Source: an uncultured delta proteobacterium
GTDB taxonomy: Bacteria > Myxococcota_A > Polyangia > Fen-1088
Direction: 5' to 3'
NCBI GenBank assembly: GCA_963824555.1
Contig: CAWGPW010000025.1
Span: forward strand, 30,469-94,468
Length of the DNA stretch: 64,000 nucleotides
Part shown: positions 42,191 through 53,641 of the stretch, one piece after another
Position numbering within the stretch: position 1 is the stretch's first letter
How the letters are laid out: each line of letters begins with the position of its first letter
The notes under the pieces: model-generated
Database searches by the model: none
Seen by the model: the letters and a program-made list of their open reading frames with translations, nothing else
Told to the model about the DNA's origin: nothing
Position numbers and translations under genes: made by a program

Positions 42191-44307
42191 GGAGCGCCTC
42201 CGGCCTTGCTGTCGGGTCCGCCGGATGCCGCCGGCGGTTTGGCGTCGCTGTACTTCACGCCAGGCTTGGGCACGTAGCCGGTGATGGGCTGTTTGAGCTT
42301 GCCCTGGATTTTCCCCTTCAGGGTTTCGATAGGCAGCGGCGGTTCGAGCTCGAAGTAGAAGCCGCGCGTGGGCAGGCGCATGTCGTAGACTTCGCCTTCC
42401 CAATAGAAGGTGCGCCGAAAACCAAGCGCCATGGGCCCCAGCACTTTGGCCTTGCGGTGGCCTAGCACGAAGGAAAACAAGCGTACGGCGAGGTTGTTGT
42501 AGAGGCGATGGCAACCGTGCGAGAAGCGTCCTCGCAAGGATAGGTAGTCGAACGACCCGTGGGTCCGGATGCCGTTGTCGAAATAGGCGAGGCCCGCCCC
42601 GTGCCGCCGGAGCTGCTCGTGAATCCCGGCCACGAGACCATAGGCCGACAGGTAACCGGGGCCGGTCTCGTCGTAGTTCACCACGTGCGGATAGGCGCCG
42701 GCGACCCACTTGGTCTTGACCATCGAGCCGAGCGGCGAGGAGGTCGGCGGCAACCACACCGGCGCGGCCACGATGTGGCGCCACACGCGCGCACCCACGT
42801 CGGATTCCTTGTAGCGATAGTACTCCTCGCCGTCGGAGGCGACCTCGGTTCGCCAGCCACCGATGGTGGTGCGCCAATGGACGAGCGGTACCTTTTCTCC
42901 GCGCCACCTCACGAACAGCGTGAAGGACGGAAAGCTCTCGCGGGCTTGGCCCATACGCACGCCCTTGTCGTTGAAGGGAAAGTCGTACCACACGTCGCCG
43001 CGATCGATCTCGGCCACCAGGTCCATGTGCGGGCCGTAGTATTCGGGCAAGGCGGGAAAGCGCACGGCCGCGCGCAACGAGCGAAAGTCGCTTTCGGGGT
43101 GGCGACGGAAGAACGCCAGCGCGTCCTCGGGCGTGCTCAGCCCCAGGCGCGCCATGGTTGCATCGGTGGCCTGCCCCACCAGGTCGGGAACTGGCACATT
43201 CTCGCCGGCCTCGTTCTTGTACGTGGGTTGCTTGCGCGGGCGATTCCGCTTCGCGGGCGGCATGGCCTCGATGGCGCTGCCGTCCTCGAGGATGCGGCCG
43301 GCGTGCGTCGCCCGCTCGGCCAGCACCCGGCGCAGGGCCAGAAAGTCGTTTTGCAAGAGCGGGCGGGCCATGGCCTCCAGCGTTCCGCGCGTGAGATCGG
43401 CTTGCGCGAACACGGCGTTCTTCTGCTGGAAATTCAGGGCCGCGCTACGCATGGGACCATCGTAGGAGCCGGCCTTGTGCTTGCCAGGATCGAGCAGCCC
43501 TTCGCAGATGAGGCGCTTCTCGGCCTCGGCAAAGGCAGCGTGCTCGGACTCGGTGCGCAGATGATCCTTCACGTCGCGGCCGTAGCGGGGATCCTTGGTG
43601 GCGAGTTCCCCCAGCGTGGACGCGCCCATCTTCTTCTGCGCGGCTTCGAGGCGCATGCCGCGAAAATGGTGTTTGGCGCCTTCCTTCTTCTCGGTGGTCT
43701 TGCCCCAGGTTTCGATGCTGTCCACGGCCAAGAGCTTGGCCGTGTCCACCGTGTTCTCGCAGGTGCGCGCACTGTCTTCGAGAAAGCGCTTGCGCATGAC
43801 CGACAGCGAGGGTGGCACGCCGTAGAGCTCGAGGTAGTTGCGCTCGCCGGGTGGCAGCGGTTCGCCGTCACCGTCGGTGCGATCGTTGGCCAGTCCCACG
43901 AACACCGCCCGGTAGCGGTTGGGCAAGGGAGCACCGTCCGCGGCCTTGCCGTCGTGAAAGATGAAGGGTGCGAAGTCATCCGACAAATCGACGATGGTCA
44001 GTCCCTTGTCGCGCGCCAGGTCCGCGTCGACCACACGTTCCTTCCCCTCCACCACCTGAATCGCCCGGCGCTCGGGCGCGAGCTTGCCAGCGGCCTCGAG
44101 CAGGGCATCCTGGTCGGGCTTGGACGGCTCGGGTGCGCGTGCGGGCCGCTCAGGCGCAGCGGGATGGGTGACGGGCGAAGGCGGCTCGGACGGCGGTACC
44201 GGTTTCACGAAGGGCGTCGCCCTGCCCTGGCAGGCGAGCCCGGCCGCCACGACGGGAATGGCGGCGGCGATGACAAGCAGCATGCGCTGAAAATGGATTC
44301 GGGCCAC
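42187..44307 (-). CDS. Large L,D-transpeptidase (YkuD-like) lipoprotein
   Basis: GLAC lipobox; catalytic IRTHGS...FSHGCHRL; VWRHIVAAPVWLPP. Confidence 0.82.
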   Translation of the reverse strand: MARIHFQRMLLVIAAAIPVVAAGLACQGRATPFVKPVPPSEPPSPVTHPAAPERPARAPEPSKPDQDALLEAAGKLAPERRAIQVVEGKERVVDADLARDKGLTIVDLSDDFAPFIFHDGKAADGAPLPNRYRAVFVGLANDRTDGDGEPLPPGERNYLELYGVPPSLSVMRKRFLEDSARTCENTVDTAKLLAVDSIETWGKTTEKKEGAKHHFRGMRLEAAQKKMGASTLGELATKDPRYGRDVKDHLRTESEHAAFAEAEKRLICEGLLDPGKHKAGSYDGPMRSAALNFQQKNAVFAQADLTRGTLEAMARPLLQNDFLALRRVLAERATHAGRILEDGSAIEAMPPAKRNRPRKQPTYKNEAGENVPVPDLVGQATDATMARLGLSTPEDALAFFRRHPESDFRSLRAAVRFPALPEYYGPHMDLVAEIDRGDVWYDFPFNDKGVRMGQARESFPSFTLFVRWRGEKVPLVHWRTTIGGWRTEVASDGEEYYRYKESDVGARVWRHIVAAPVWLPPTSSPLGSMVKTKWVAGAYPHVVNYDETGPGYLSAYGLVAGIHEQLRRHGAGLAYFDNGIRTHGSFDYLSLRGRFSHGCHRLYNNLAVRLFSFVLGHRKAKVLGPMALGFRRTFYWEGEVYDMRLPTRGFYFELEPPLPIETLKGKIQGKLKQPITGYVPKPGVKYSDAKPPAASGGPDSKAGGAP

Positions 44308-44381
44308 GGTGTCGGCCGTGGATCTACCAGTGGAGGAGCACGGATGGCGAGATTTGTCTGAATCGAATAGTATGCGCATCC

Positions 44382-44921
44382 ATGAAACGCGTCATCCTCG
44401 CGCTAGCACTCATCCTTGCCGCCATGGGCATCAGCCCACACACGGCCCGAGCCACCGAAGTTGGAACGTCGCGCACCTTCGGTCTAGGTGTTCAGCTACT
44501 CGATCCGACCGCCATCATCGGCAAAGTCTTCCTCGACAGAAACGATGCGCTGGATTTCGGCGTCGGCTTCTGGGGCTACGGCACCTGCTACGACGCCAAC
44601 GGCCATCCCTACTACTGCAACAACAACCGCCATGACTTCAGTCTGCACTTCGACTACCTCTACGAAGAGCCCATCGTGGACTCGGTGGTCAGGCTCGACT
44701 GGCACGCGGGCGTGGGTGGACGCATGGTCGTCTGGGGCTATACCTACAACAACAGCGATCACGGAGTCGTCTTCCTGGCCAGGGTGCCACTCGGCCTGGA
44801 TCTGAGTTTTCGCCGCCCGCGCTGGTTGGAGGTCTACCTCGAGATCGCGCCGGCCCTGGTCGTCATCCCGCCGCTCGACTTCACTTTCGATGTTGGACTG
44901 GGAGTAAGGGCATACTTCTAG
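44382..44921 (+). CDS. Small outer-membrane beta-barrel protein
   Basis: Signal peptide ending ARA-TE; amphipathic strands (FGLGVQL, ARVPLGLDL, EVYLEIAP); C-terminal GVRAYF. Confidence 0.8.
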   Translation: MKRVILALALILAAMGISPHTARATEVGTSRTFGLGVQLLDPTAIIGKVFLDRNDALDFGVGFWGYGTCYDANGHPYYCNNNRHDFSLHFDYLYEEPIVDSVVRLDWHAGVGGRMVVWGYTYNNSDHGVVFLARVPLGLDLSFRRPRWLEVYLEIAPALVVIPPLDFTFDVGLGVRAYF

Positions 44922-44972
44922 CTGCGATCGAAGCCGGGGATCGTTTTCGCCCCCCCGGCCATCGCCCAGAAG

Positions 44973-45233
44973 CTACTGGGGCTCGGACTCGGGACTCGGC
45001 GTTTCCAAGGCGTCGCTGAGTAGGACGTTGCCCGAGACCGGCGTCACCGCGCGGCCCGTGACGATGCCGGACTCCTGACTAACCGACTCGGCGGGATCTT
45101 CTTCCGGCGCGGTCGCGACCGGCACCTCGGCTGCCACGGTGCCCGAGGCAACGGGCGCCGCCGGTTGCGGCACGCCCGCAGCGCGAGACTTCCATCGTGC
45201 GATTGCGAACTCGAAATCGGCGTACGAGATCAT
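44973..45233 (-). CDS. Small hypothetical protein (N-terminal helix + acidic Pro/Ala tail)
   Basis: MISYADFEFAIARWK followed by a low-complexity tail; alternative start at 45281 (GGGAG RBS). Confidence 0.6.
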   Translation of the reverse strand: MISYADFEFAIARWKSRAAGVPQPAAPVASGTVAAEVPVATAPEEDPAESVSQESGIVTGRAVTPVSGNVLLSDALETPSPESEPQ

Positions 45234-45276
45234 GGCCAAACCAGCGTACCGGTTTCTCCGTTGCGCCGCAAATGCT

Positions 45277-45410
45277 TCCATACTCCCGCGATAGCCGCAG
45301 GAGGTCGTGGCTGTGGTCGTGGCCAGCACCCGTCATCGCTCCGATTGGGTGCGTGCGTCCGTCGTGGAAAGGTGTCCATTTCTGGTACGTTCCGCGCTGT
45401 CGCCCTTCTT
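45277..45410. repeat. Dispersed non-coding repeat family 2, copy B
   Basis: Shares cccgcgatagccgcagRaggtcgtggc, cacccgtYatcgctccgaYtgggtgcgtgc, tcgtggaaaggtgtc and tttctggtac with 38922-39094. Confidence 0.75.
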
Positions 45411-45444
45411 GTCGCCGGATTGCGGAGCTCGGCTGACTGGTTGC

Positions 45445-47121
<1,677 letters not shown>

Positions 47122-47193
47122 GGGCCGCGCAGTTTACCCGATGATCCGCGTTCGTCACGTCTGGCTTTGGGCGTGCGAACCTGTCCGAAAGAA

Positions 47194-47682
47194 TTACTTG
47201 GACTCTTCCTTGGACTCTTCCTTGGGCTCCTTCTTGGCCGCCTTCTTGTCTTCCTTTTTCTTGTCTTCCTTCTTGCTCTTGGTCTTCTTGACCTTGTCCT
47301 TGGGGCCGGCCGGCGTGGTCTCGTCGGCGGCCGTGGTGTCTTCGCCCTCCGAATCGTCGGCGGCTTGCTCCGCGGCCTTGGCCTTGGCGGCCTCTTCCTC
47401 ACGCCGCTTTTTGTCAGCCTCTTCCGCCTTCTTGGTCTCGGCTTGGATTTCCTTGTCCAGCTCTTTCTGCCGCTTTTCCTCGCAGCCCTTGGGCTCGCAT
47501 TCTCCCGGACAGCCGCACTTGCTGGGTCTCGTGCAGGTGCACGCGCCGGCGGTGCTCTGATAGCACCCGCAGGCGTTGATCTTGCGGTCGTCCGCGCGCG
47601 CGGACGACCGAGCGCCCCCCAGCACGAATGCCGCTGCCGTCAGCGACGCGACGACCCATAGTCTCTTCCAATTATTTTGCAT
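47194..47682 (-). CDS. Exported protein with an 8-Cys module and Lys/Glu-rich tail
   Basis: AGAGGA RBS; signal ending ARA-DD; CGCYQSTAGACTCTRPSKCGCPGECEPKGC; KEE-rich tail. Confidence 0.75.
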   Translation of the reverse strand: MQNNWKRLWVVASLTAAAFVLGGARSSARADDRKINACGCYQSTAGACTCTRPSKCGCPGECEPKGCEEKRQKELDKEIQAETKKAEEADKKRREEEAAKAKAAEQAADDSEGEDTTAADETTPAGPKDKVKKTKSKKEDKKKEDKKAAKKEPKEESKEESK

Positions 47683-48082
47683 GGTTTCCGTTCCTCTTTG
47701 CCCCAGACCATAGTGATAAGTGTGCCCGGATTCAACAGGACAAATGTGGAAGGCACGACGGTCATCAGTCACCCAGTCTTTCGCGGTCGAGGTGCCTGCG
47801 CACCGAGGTCGAAATGGGCACCCCCAGCTCGGGGAAGATGCGATAGGCATCGTAGCGATCGTCGGGAGAGGCCAGATCGGGTGCTTCGCCTTCGATCGAT
47901 TCGGCGACACGGGTGTCGGCATTGATCTGAAGATTCGTGTATCTGCGCCAGGGGGCATCTCTTTCCGCCCGAACCCAATCGTGCCCGAAGGGGAGGTGGG
48001 TCAGCAGCCAATAGTTTCCCACGATGTGCTGGCTAGGCCCGCCAGGCGCCCCGGTTTTCCTCATGTGCTATTTTGCCGTGCC

Positions 48083-49001
48083 GTGGACAAACCGGTCGTC
48101 ATCGTCAACCCGCGCTCTGGTGGTGGGCTCAGCGAAAAGCGCTGGGCAGCCGTGGTCGGCGCGATCTCGGATGGGTTGGGCGTCTTCGACACCCGCTTCA
48201 CCGAGGCCCCGGGGCACGCTCGCACCCTGGCGCACGAAGAAGCCAAGCAGGGGCGCAAGTTGGTCGTCGCCTTGGGTGGCGACGGCACGATTTCCGAAGT
48301 GGCCGACGGCTTGGTGGCAGCGGGAGGCGGCGCCGAGATGGGCATTATTCCCCGCGGAACCGGGGGTGACTTTCGCCGCAGCCTGGGCATCGAGAACGAG
48401 CTCTTCAGCGCCGCGGAGCACGTGCGCAAGAGCAAGGCCCGCAGCGTGGATGTGGGCAAGGTCACCTTTCTTGCCCATGACGGTACGGAAGCTTCCCGCC
48501 ACTTCGTGAACGTGACCTCGGTAGGATTTTCCAGCGTGGTGGCCGAGCGGGCCAATCGGAGCTTCCAAACGGCTGGGCGGCCGGGTATCGTTCCTCTCCG
48601 CAGTGGTGAGCTCGCTTCTGACCTACGACAATACCGAAGTCACGGTTTCGGTCGACGATGGCGATGCGCGTCGCATGACCCTGTTGCTGGCGGCAGTCGG
48701 CAACGGCCGGTTCTTCGGCGGAGGCATGAAGATTTGCCCCGAAGCCCTCCTCGACGATGGCTGCTTCGATCTCGTCACCGTCGGAGACCTCGGGCGATTG
48801 GAAGTCCTCGCCAAGATCCATCGCATCTATTCGGGCAATCACCTATCCATGAAAGAGGTCAGATCGGTGCGTTGCCGTCGCTTGCGACTGGCCCCGGCAG
48901 ATCCCAAAGACCAGATTCCCCTGGAGATCGACGGGGAGACTCCTGGGCGCCTACCCGCCAAGCTCGAAATCTTGAAAGGCGCACTGCGTCTGCGTGGATA
49001 G
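48083..49001 (+). CDS. Diacylglycerol/lipid kinase (YegS/DAGK family); frameshift at ~48563
   Basis: IVNPRSG, GGDGT, PRGTGGDF, FVNV; C-part NGRFFGGGM, DGE. Removing one T at 48563-4 gives ANRSSKRLGGRVSFL. Confidence 0.9.
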
Positions 49002-49155
49002 TGGGAGCGCGCCGCTCGTGTTAGCGCTGGCGGACCGCCACATTGGGGGAGCACTGGGACGACAGACACGCTTCCGACACCAGACTGCCCCTTGAAGGTC
49101 GCCCGAGCTTGGTGCTACGGTGGCCCGGCCGTCCGGTGGGACGGCCTCTAGACCT

Positions 49156-49659
49156 ATGCAAATTCACCTCGCGAAGTCCGACATTACCGAGATGGCTGTC
49201 GATGCCGTGGTCAGTCCCGCGAATTCGCTCGGCATCATGGGGGGAGGTGTAGCCGCGGCTCTCTCGCGTAAGGGCGGCCCACTCATTCAGCGCGAGGCCA
49301 TGTCCCTGGCACCCATCGCGGTCGGCGCCGCTGTCGTGACCAACGCCGGCACGCTATGGGCGAAACACATCATCCACGCCCCCACCATGGAGGAGCCGGG
49401 CCTCAAGGTCGCCGTCGAAAGCGTCCGCCGCGCCACCCGCGCTGCCCTCCTCGCCGCCAGCCAGCGCGGCTTCGACGTCATCGCCATCCCTGGGCTGGGC
49501 ACCGGTCTGGGTGGCGCCGATCCCGCAGATGCCGCGCGCGCCATGGTCAACGAGCTTCGCGCGCATAGGCAGCCGCATCCGTCCACCGTGTGGCTGGTCG
49601 ACATCAACGACCAAATCCTCGCCCACCTGGAAGAGGCGCTGCAGACGACCGCACCGTAA
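49156..49659 (+). CDS. Macrodomain (Appr-1-p processing) protein
   Basis: SDITEMAVDAVVSPANSLGIMGGGVA, IIHAPTM, IAIPGLGTG. Confidence 0.88.
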   Translation: MQIHLAKSDITEMAVDAVVSPANSLGIMGGGVAAALSRKGGPLIQREAMSLAPIAVGAAVVTNAGTLWAKHIIHAPTMEEPGLKVAVESVRRATRAALLAASQRGFDVIAIPGLGTGLGGADPADAARAMVNELRAHRQPHPSTVWLVDINDQILAHLEEALQTTAP

Positions 49660-49699
49660 CTTCGAGTCCGACAGAGAACCAACCCCGAAGGAGATTTGC

Positions 49700-50521
49700 G
49701 TGAAGATCCTTGTACCCTGTAAGCGCGTTCCCAATCCCGAGCTCAAACTGAAGATCGCCGGCGGCGCGGTCGCGCTGGGCGATACCACCTGGCAGGTCAA
49801 TCCATTCGACGAGTACGCGGTGGAAACGGCGCTGCGCCTGACCGAAAAGAACAAGGGCGGCGAGCGCTCGGGCGAGGTGGTCGTGATCAGCATCGGGCCC
49901 AAGGACACGTCGACGCAGCTTCGGCAGCTCTTGGCCATGGGCGCGGATCGCGCCATTCTCGTCGCTGGCGACGACGCGGCCCTGGACGCGGACAGGGTGG
50001 CGCGGACCCTGAAGGCGGTGGTGGAATCCGAGAAGCCCGACCTGGTGGTCATGGGCAAGCAGGCGGTCGACGGCGACGACAACCAAGTCGGACAGCTGCT
50101 CGCCGGCTACCTGGGCTGGCCGCAGGCCACCTTTCTGTCGACCCTCACCCTCGCTGCCGACGGCAAGTCAGCCACGGTGTCGCGCGAAGTGGACACCGGC
50201 GTGGAAGAGCGCCGCGTGCGCTTGCCCGCCGTGACCACCGTCGACCTGCGCATCATCGGCAGGAAAGCCGTGCGCAACGAGGCGCTCTCGGGTTCCGAGG
50301 TCGAATGGGAAGACACGCAGCGCCTGGCCTCGCTCAAGGGAATCATGGCCGCGAAGAAGAAGGAATTGAAGGAAGTCACCGCCGAATCGCTCGGCGTGGC
50401 GGACGGCATCCTGGTCAAGACCCTGCGCCACGAGAACCCGCCCGCGCGCAAGGCCGGCATCAAGGTGGCCTCGGTCGAGGAATTGGTTTCCAAGTTGCAC
50501 ACGGAAGCGAAGGTGATCTGA
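49700..50521 (+). CDS. etfB: Electron transfer flavoprotein beta subunit
   Basis: GAAGGAG RBS then GTG; KILVPCKRVP, NPFDEYAVE, LAMGADRA, GKQAVDGD. Confidence 0.95.
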   Translation: MKILVPCKRVPNPELKLKIAGGAVALGDTTWQVNPFDEYAVETALRLTEKNKGGERSGEVVVISIGPKDTSTQLRQLLAMGADRAILVAGDDAALDADRVARTLKAVVESEKPDLVVMGKQAVDGDDNQVGQLLAGYLGWPQATFLSTLTLAADGKSATVSREVDTGVEERRVRLPAVTTVDLRIIGRKAVRNEALSGSEVEWEDTQRLASLKGIMAAKKKELKEVTAESLGVADGILVKTLRHENPPARKAGIKVASVEELVSKLHTEAKVI

Positions 50522-51489
50522 TGTCCGCAACGCTCGTCCTGCTCGAAACCACTTCGTCCAACTTGCGCTCGTCGTCGCTGCCCGCCGTGACCGCCGCGCG
50601 CGACTTGGCCAAGCACCACGGCGGCCCCGTCGTCGGCGTCGTCATCGGCGCCGGCGTGGCCGCCGCCGCCTCGGACGCGGCCCGCTTCGTCGACAAGGTG
50701 CTGTGCTACGACAACCCAGCCCTTTCGGCGGCCTTGGCCGAGACTTGGGCGCCGCTCGTCGCAAGCGCGGTCAAGGAAACCGGCGCCACCGCCTTGGTCG
50801 CCTCGGCGACCTCGACGGGCAAGGACATTCTGCCCCGCGCAGCCGCCCTGCTGGGCGCGGGCATGGCCAGCGACGTGGTGGCCGTGCTCGGCGGCAGGTC
50901 CTTCCGGCGGCCGACCTATGCCGGCAACGCCCTCACCGACGTCGAGGTCACGACAGCCGTCGTGGTGTGCACCTCACGCCAGACCGAATTCGCCCCGGCG
51001 GCCCCGGCCGCGAGCACCGGCCCAGTGGAAAACAAGGCCGTGGCTGCCGTCGATGCCTTGGGCAGCGAATTCGTGGCCCTGCACGCCACCAAGAGCGCGC
51101 GCCCCGATCTAGCCGAGGCCAAGGTCGTAGTGGCCGGCGGACGCGGTATGAAGGAAGCCGCCAACTTCAAGGTGCTGGAAGAGCTGACCGACCTGCTCGG
51201 CGGCGCGCTCGGCGCCAGCCGCGCGGCCTGCGACGCGGGCATGGTGCCCAACGACCTGCAAGTCGGTCAAACCGGCAAGGTCGTCGCCCCCGAGCTCTAC
51301 ATCGCGGTGGCGCTTTCGGGCGCCATCCAACACCTGGCCGGCATGAAGAGCTCGAAGGTCATCGTGGCCATCAACAAGGATCCCGAAGCTCCCATCTTCC
51401 AGGTCGCGGACTACGGCTTGGTGGGCACGTGGGAATCCACGGTCCCGCAGCTCATCGCCGAGATCAAGAAGGTCAAGGCGGCCCAGTAG
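50521..51489 (+). CDS. etfA: Electron transfer flavoprotein alpha subunit
   Basis: [53 protein letters not shown]. Confidence 0.96.
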   Translation: MSATLVLLETTSSNLRSSSLPAVTAARDLAKHHGGPVVGVVIGAGVAAAASDAARFVDKVLCYDNPALSAALAETWAPLVASAVKETGATALVASATSTGKDILPRAAALLGAGMASDVVAVLGGRSFRRPTYAGNALTDVEVTTAVVVCTSRQTEFAPAAPAASTGPVENKAVAAVDALGSEFVALHATKSARPDLAEAKVVVAGGRGMKEAANFKVLEELTDLLGGALGASRAACDAGMVPNDLQVGQTGKVVAPELYIAVALSGAIQHLAGMKSSKVIVAINKDPEAPIFQVADYGLVGTWESTVPQLIAEIKKVKAAQ

Positions 51490-51572
51490 AGTCCGGCCAG
51501 AGCCGGGGTTGCGGCCACACATTCCGTCACCTTGTCCGTCACGTCGGCCTTGGCCGTTGTATGATTAGGCGG

Positions 51573-52544
51573 ATGAGCCGACTTATGGCGGCCGAGCAGG
51601 CGAAGAGCGTGGCTGAGTCCATCGACCGGCTGGAACGCAACGTTGCGCGCGTCATCCGAGGCAAGCCAGAGGCCATTCGCAACTGCGTGCTTGCGCTCTT
51701 GGCCCGCGGTCACCTGCTGGTCGAAGACGTCCCCGGCGTGGGCAAGACGACGCTCGCGCGCGCTCTCGCCGCCTCCATCGGCGGCACCTTCCACCGCATC
51801 CAATTCACCAGCGATCTTCTGCCATCGGACATCATCGGGGTCTCGGTCCTGGTGGGCGCCAAGTTCGAATTCAAGCCCGGACCGCTGTTCGCCAACGTCG
51901 TTCTGGCCGACGAGATCAACCGAACCACGCCGCGCACGCAGAGTGCCTTGCTGGAAGCGATGAACGACAACCAGGTGACCGTCGACGGCGTCGGCCATCC
52001 GCTGGAGCAACCGTTCCTGGTCGTGGCCACGCAAAATCCCGAGGAGCACTACGGTACCTACCCGCTGCCCGAATCGCAGATGGATCGCTTCGCCTTGCGC
52101 ATCCGGCTCGACTATCCGTCGGCCGAGGTCGAACAGTCGCTGCTGCTCGAAGCGCCGGCGCTGACCGAGGAAGCCCTGGCCCAGATCCAGGCCGTGGTCT
52201 CGCTGGGCGAGATCGTCGCGCTTCAGGAAGCCGCCGCGCGCGTCCACCTTTCCCCCGAGCTGGCCGGCTACATCGTCGAGGTCGCGCGCGAAACCCGCCG
52301 CTCGCCCTTCCTCTCCCTCGGCCTCTCGCCGCGCGGGGAGCTGGCCTGGCGCAACCTGGCCCGGGCCGCGGCCCTGGTCGCCGGACGCGGCTTCGTGTTG
52401 CCCGACGACCTCAAGGCACTGGCCCTGCCCGCCCTGGCCCACCGCTTGGTCTTGGCCAACCAACTCGAGTCGACCGGCCGCGCGCGCGACGAGGCCGAGC
52501 GCATCGTCACCGACGTGCTCGGTCGCGTGCCGATCCCGGCGTAG
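51573..52544 (+). CDS. MoxR-family AAA+ ATPase
   Basis: LLVEDVPGVGKT, RIQFTSDLLPSD, LADEINR, ATQNP, PLPESQMDRF. Start could be 51561, 51573 or 51585. Confidence 0.95.
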   Translation: MSRLMAAEQAKSVAESIDRLERNVARVIRGKPEAIRNCVLALLARGHLLVEDVPGVGKTTLARALAASIGGTFHRIQFTSDLLPSDIIGVSVLVGAKFEFKPGPLFANVVLADEINRTTPRTQSALLEAMNDNQVTVDGVGHPLEQPFLVVATQNPEEHYGTYPLPESQMDRFALRIRLDYPSAEVEQSLLLEAPALTEEALAQIQAVVSLGEIVALQEAAARVHLSPELAGYIVEVARETRRSPFLSLGLSPRGELAWRNLARAAALVAGRGFVLPDDLKALALPALAHRLVLANQLESTGRARDEAERIVTDVLGRVPIPA

Positions 52545-52561
52545 GTGAGGCCGGCATCGAC

Positions 52562-53641
52562 ATGGCTGGCCTTCGTTCGCGTCTTGGGCGTTGGTTTCGG
52601 CCCCCGCGCAAGTTCAGGCTGACCCGCGAGGGCAAGTGGTTCATCGGCGCGACGCTGGTGCTGGGATTCGCCGCCGTCAACGGCGGCATCAACTTGCTCT
52701 TCCTCGTCTTCGGTATGCTGCTTTGCTTGCTCGTGGCCAACGGCATCCTGGCCGAGGCCTCCATGCGCCACCTGGAGGCGCAGCGACAATTGCCCCACGC
52801 CATCTATGCCGACAGCCCCTTCCTCATGGGCATCGCCGTGCGCAACCGAAAGAGCCGAATCGCCACCTTCTCCCTCGAGGTCGAGGATCTCTCCGCCGAT
52901 CGCACCCCCGTCGATCGACGCTGTTTCTTCCTCAAAATCCCGGCCCACCGCCGGCAAGAGACATCCTATCGGCGGACGCTGGGGCGTCGAGGGATCCATC
53001 GCCTGACCGGCTTGCGCCTGTCCACGCGGTTTCCCTTCGGTCTTCTGCGCCGATCGATCGACGTGGAATCGCCGGCCGAGCTGCTGGTGTACCCCGCCCT
53101 GATTCCCATCGACGACCTGACCTTGCGCACCGGCCTTTCGCGCCTGGGGGAGAGACAGACCGCGGCCCGGGCGCGCAGCGGTGAATTTCACGGCCTGCGC
53201 GAGCTGCGGCCCGGCGACGACCCCAGCAGCATCCATTGGCGCACCTCCGCGCGCCGTGGCCGCCCCTTCGTGCGCGAGTTCGAGGAAGAGGCCGGACGCA
53301 CGGTCGTCATCGTGCTCGAGACCGCCGTCGAGCCCGACGCCAGCGACGCCTTCGAAACCGCGGTCTCCTATGCCGCCTCGCTGGCGCTGGTTCTTATTCG
53401 TCGCGGACTTCGCGTGGGGCTCGTGGCCGGCGCCTTCGGCATCGCGCCCGAGACCGGCGGCTCGCAAGGGGGCCGGATCCTGCGCGCGCTGGCCCTGATC
53501 GAGCCGGCCGCCAACAGCCAGAGCGTGGGCGACCGGCCGGCCTGGGCCGGGCCCGGAGCGACCACCTTGACCGTCGTGCCGGCGCCCGATCGTCCGCGCA
53601 TGGAGGTGGGTGCCGGCGGCGCGATGCGGAGGATGGCGTGA
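52562..53641 (+). CDS. DUF58-domain protein
   Basis: TREGKWF plus two TMs, RGIHRLTG, STRFPFGL, LLVYP, LRELRPGDDPSSIHWRTSAR. Confidence 0.9.
   Translation: MAGLRSRLGRWFRPPRKFRLTREGKWFIGATLVLGFAAVNGGINLLFLVFGMLLCLLVANGILAEASMRHLEAQRQLPHAIYADSPFLMGIAVRNRKSRIATFSLEVEDLSADRTPVDRRCFFLKIPAHRRQETSYRRTLGRRGIHRLTGLRLSTRFPFGLLRRSIDVESPAELLVYPALIPIDDLTLRTGLSRLGERQTAARARSGEFHGLRELRPGDDPSSIHWRTSARRGRPFVREFEEEAGRTVVIVLETAVEPDASDAFETAVSYAASLALVLIRRGLRVGLVAGAFGIAPETGGSQGGRILRALALIEPAANSQSVGDRPAWAGPGATTLTVVPAPDRPRMEVGAGGAMRRMA

Noticed and set aside
47765-48064. 99-aa ORF (MRKTGAP...ERLGD) in the gap before the lipid kinase
   Set aside because: No RBS or recognisable motif; could be a degraded gene, but cannot be supported without a search.
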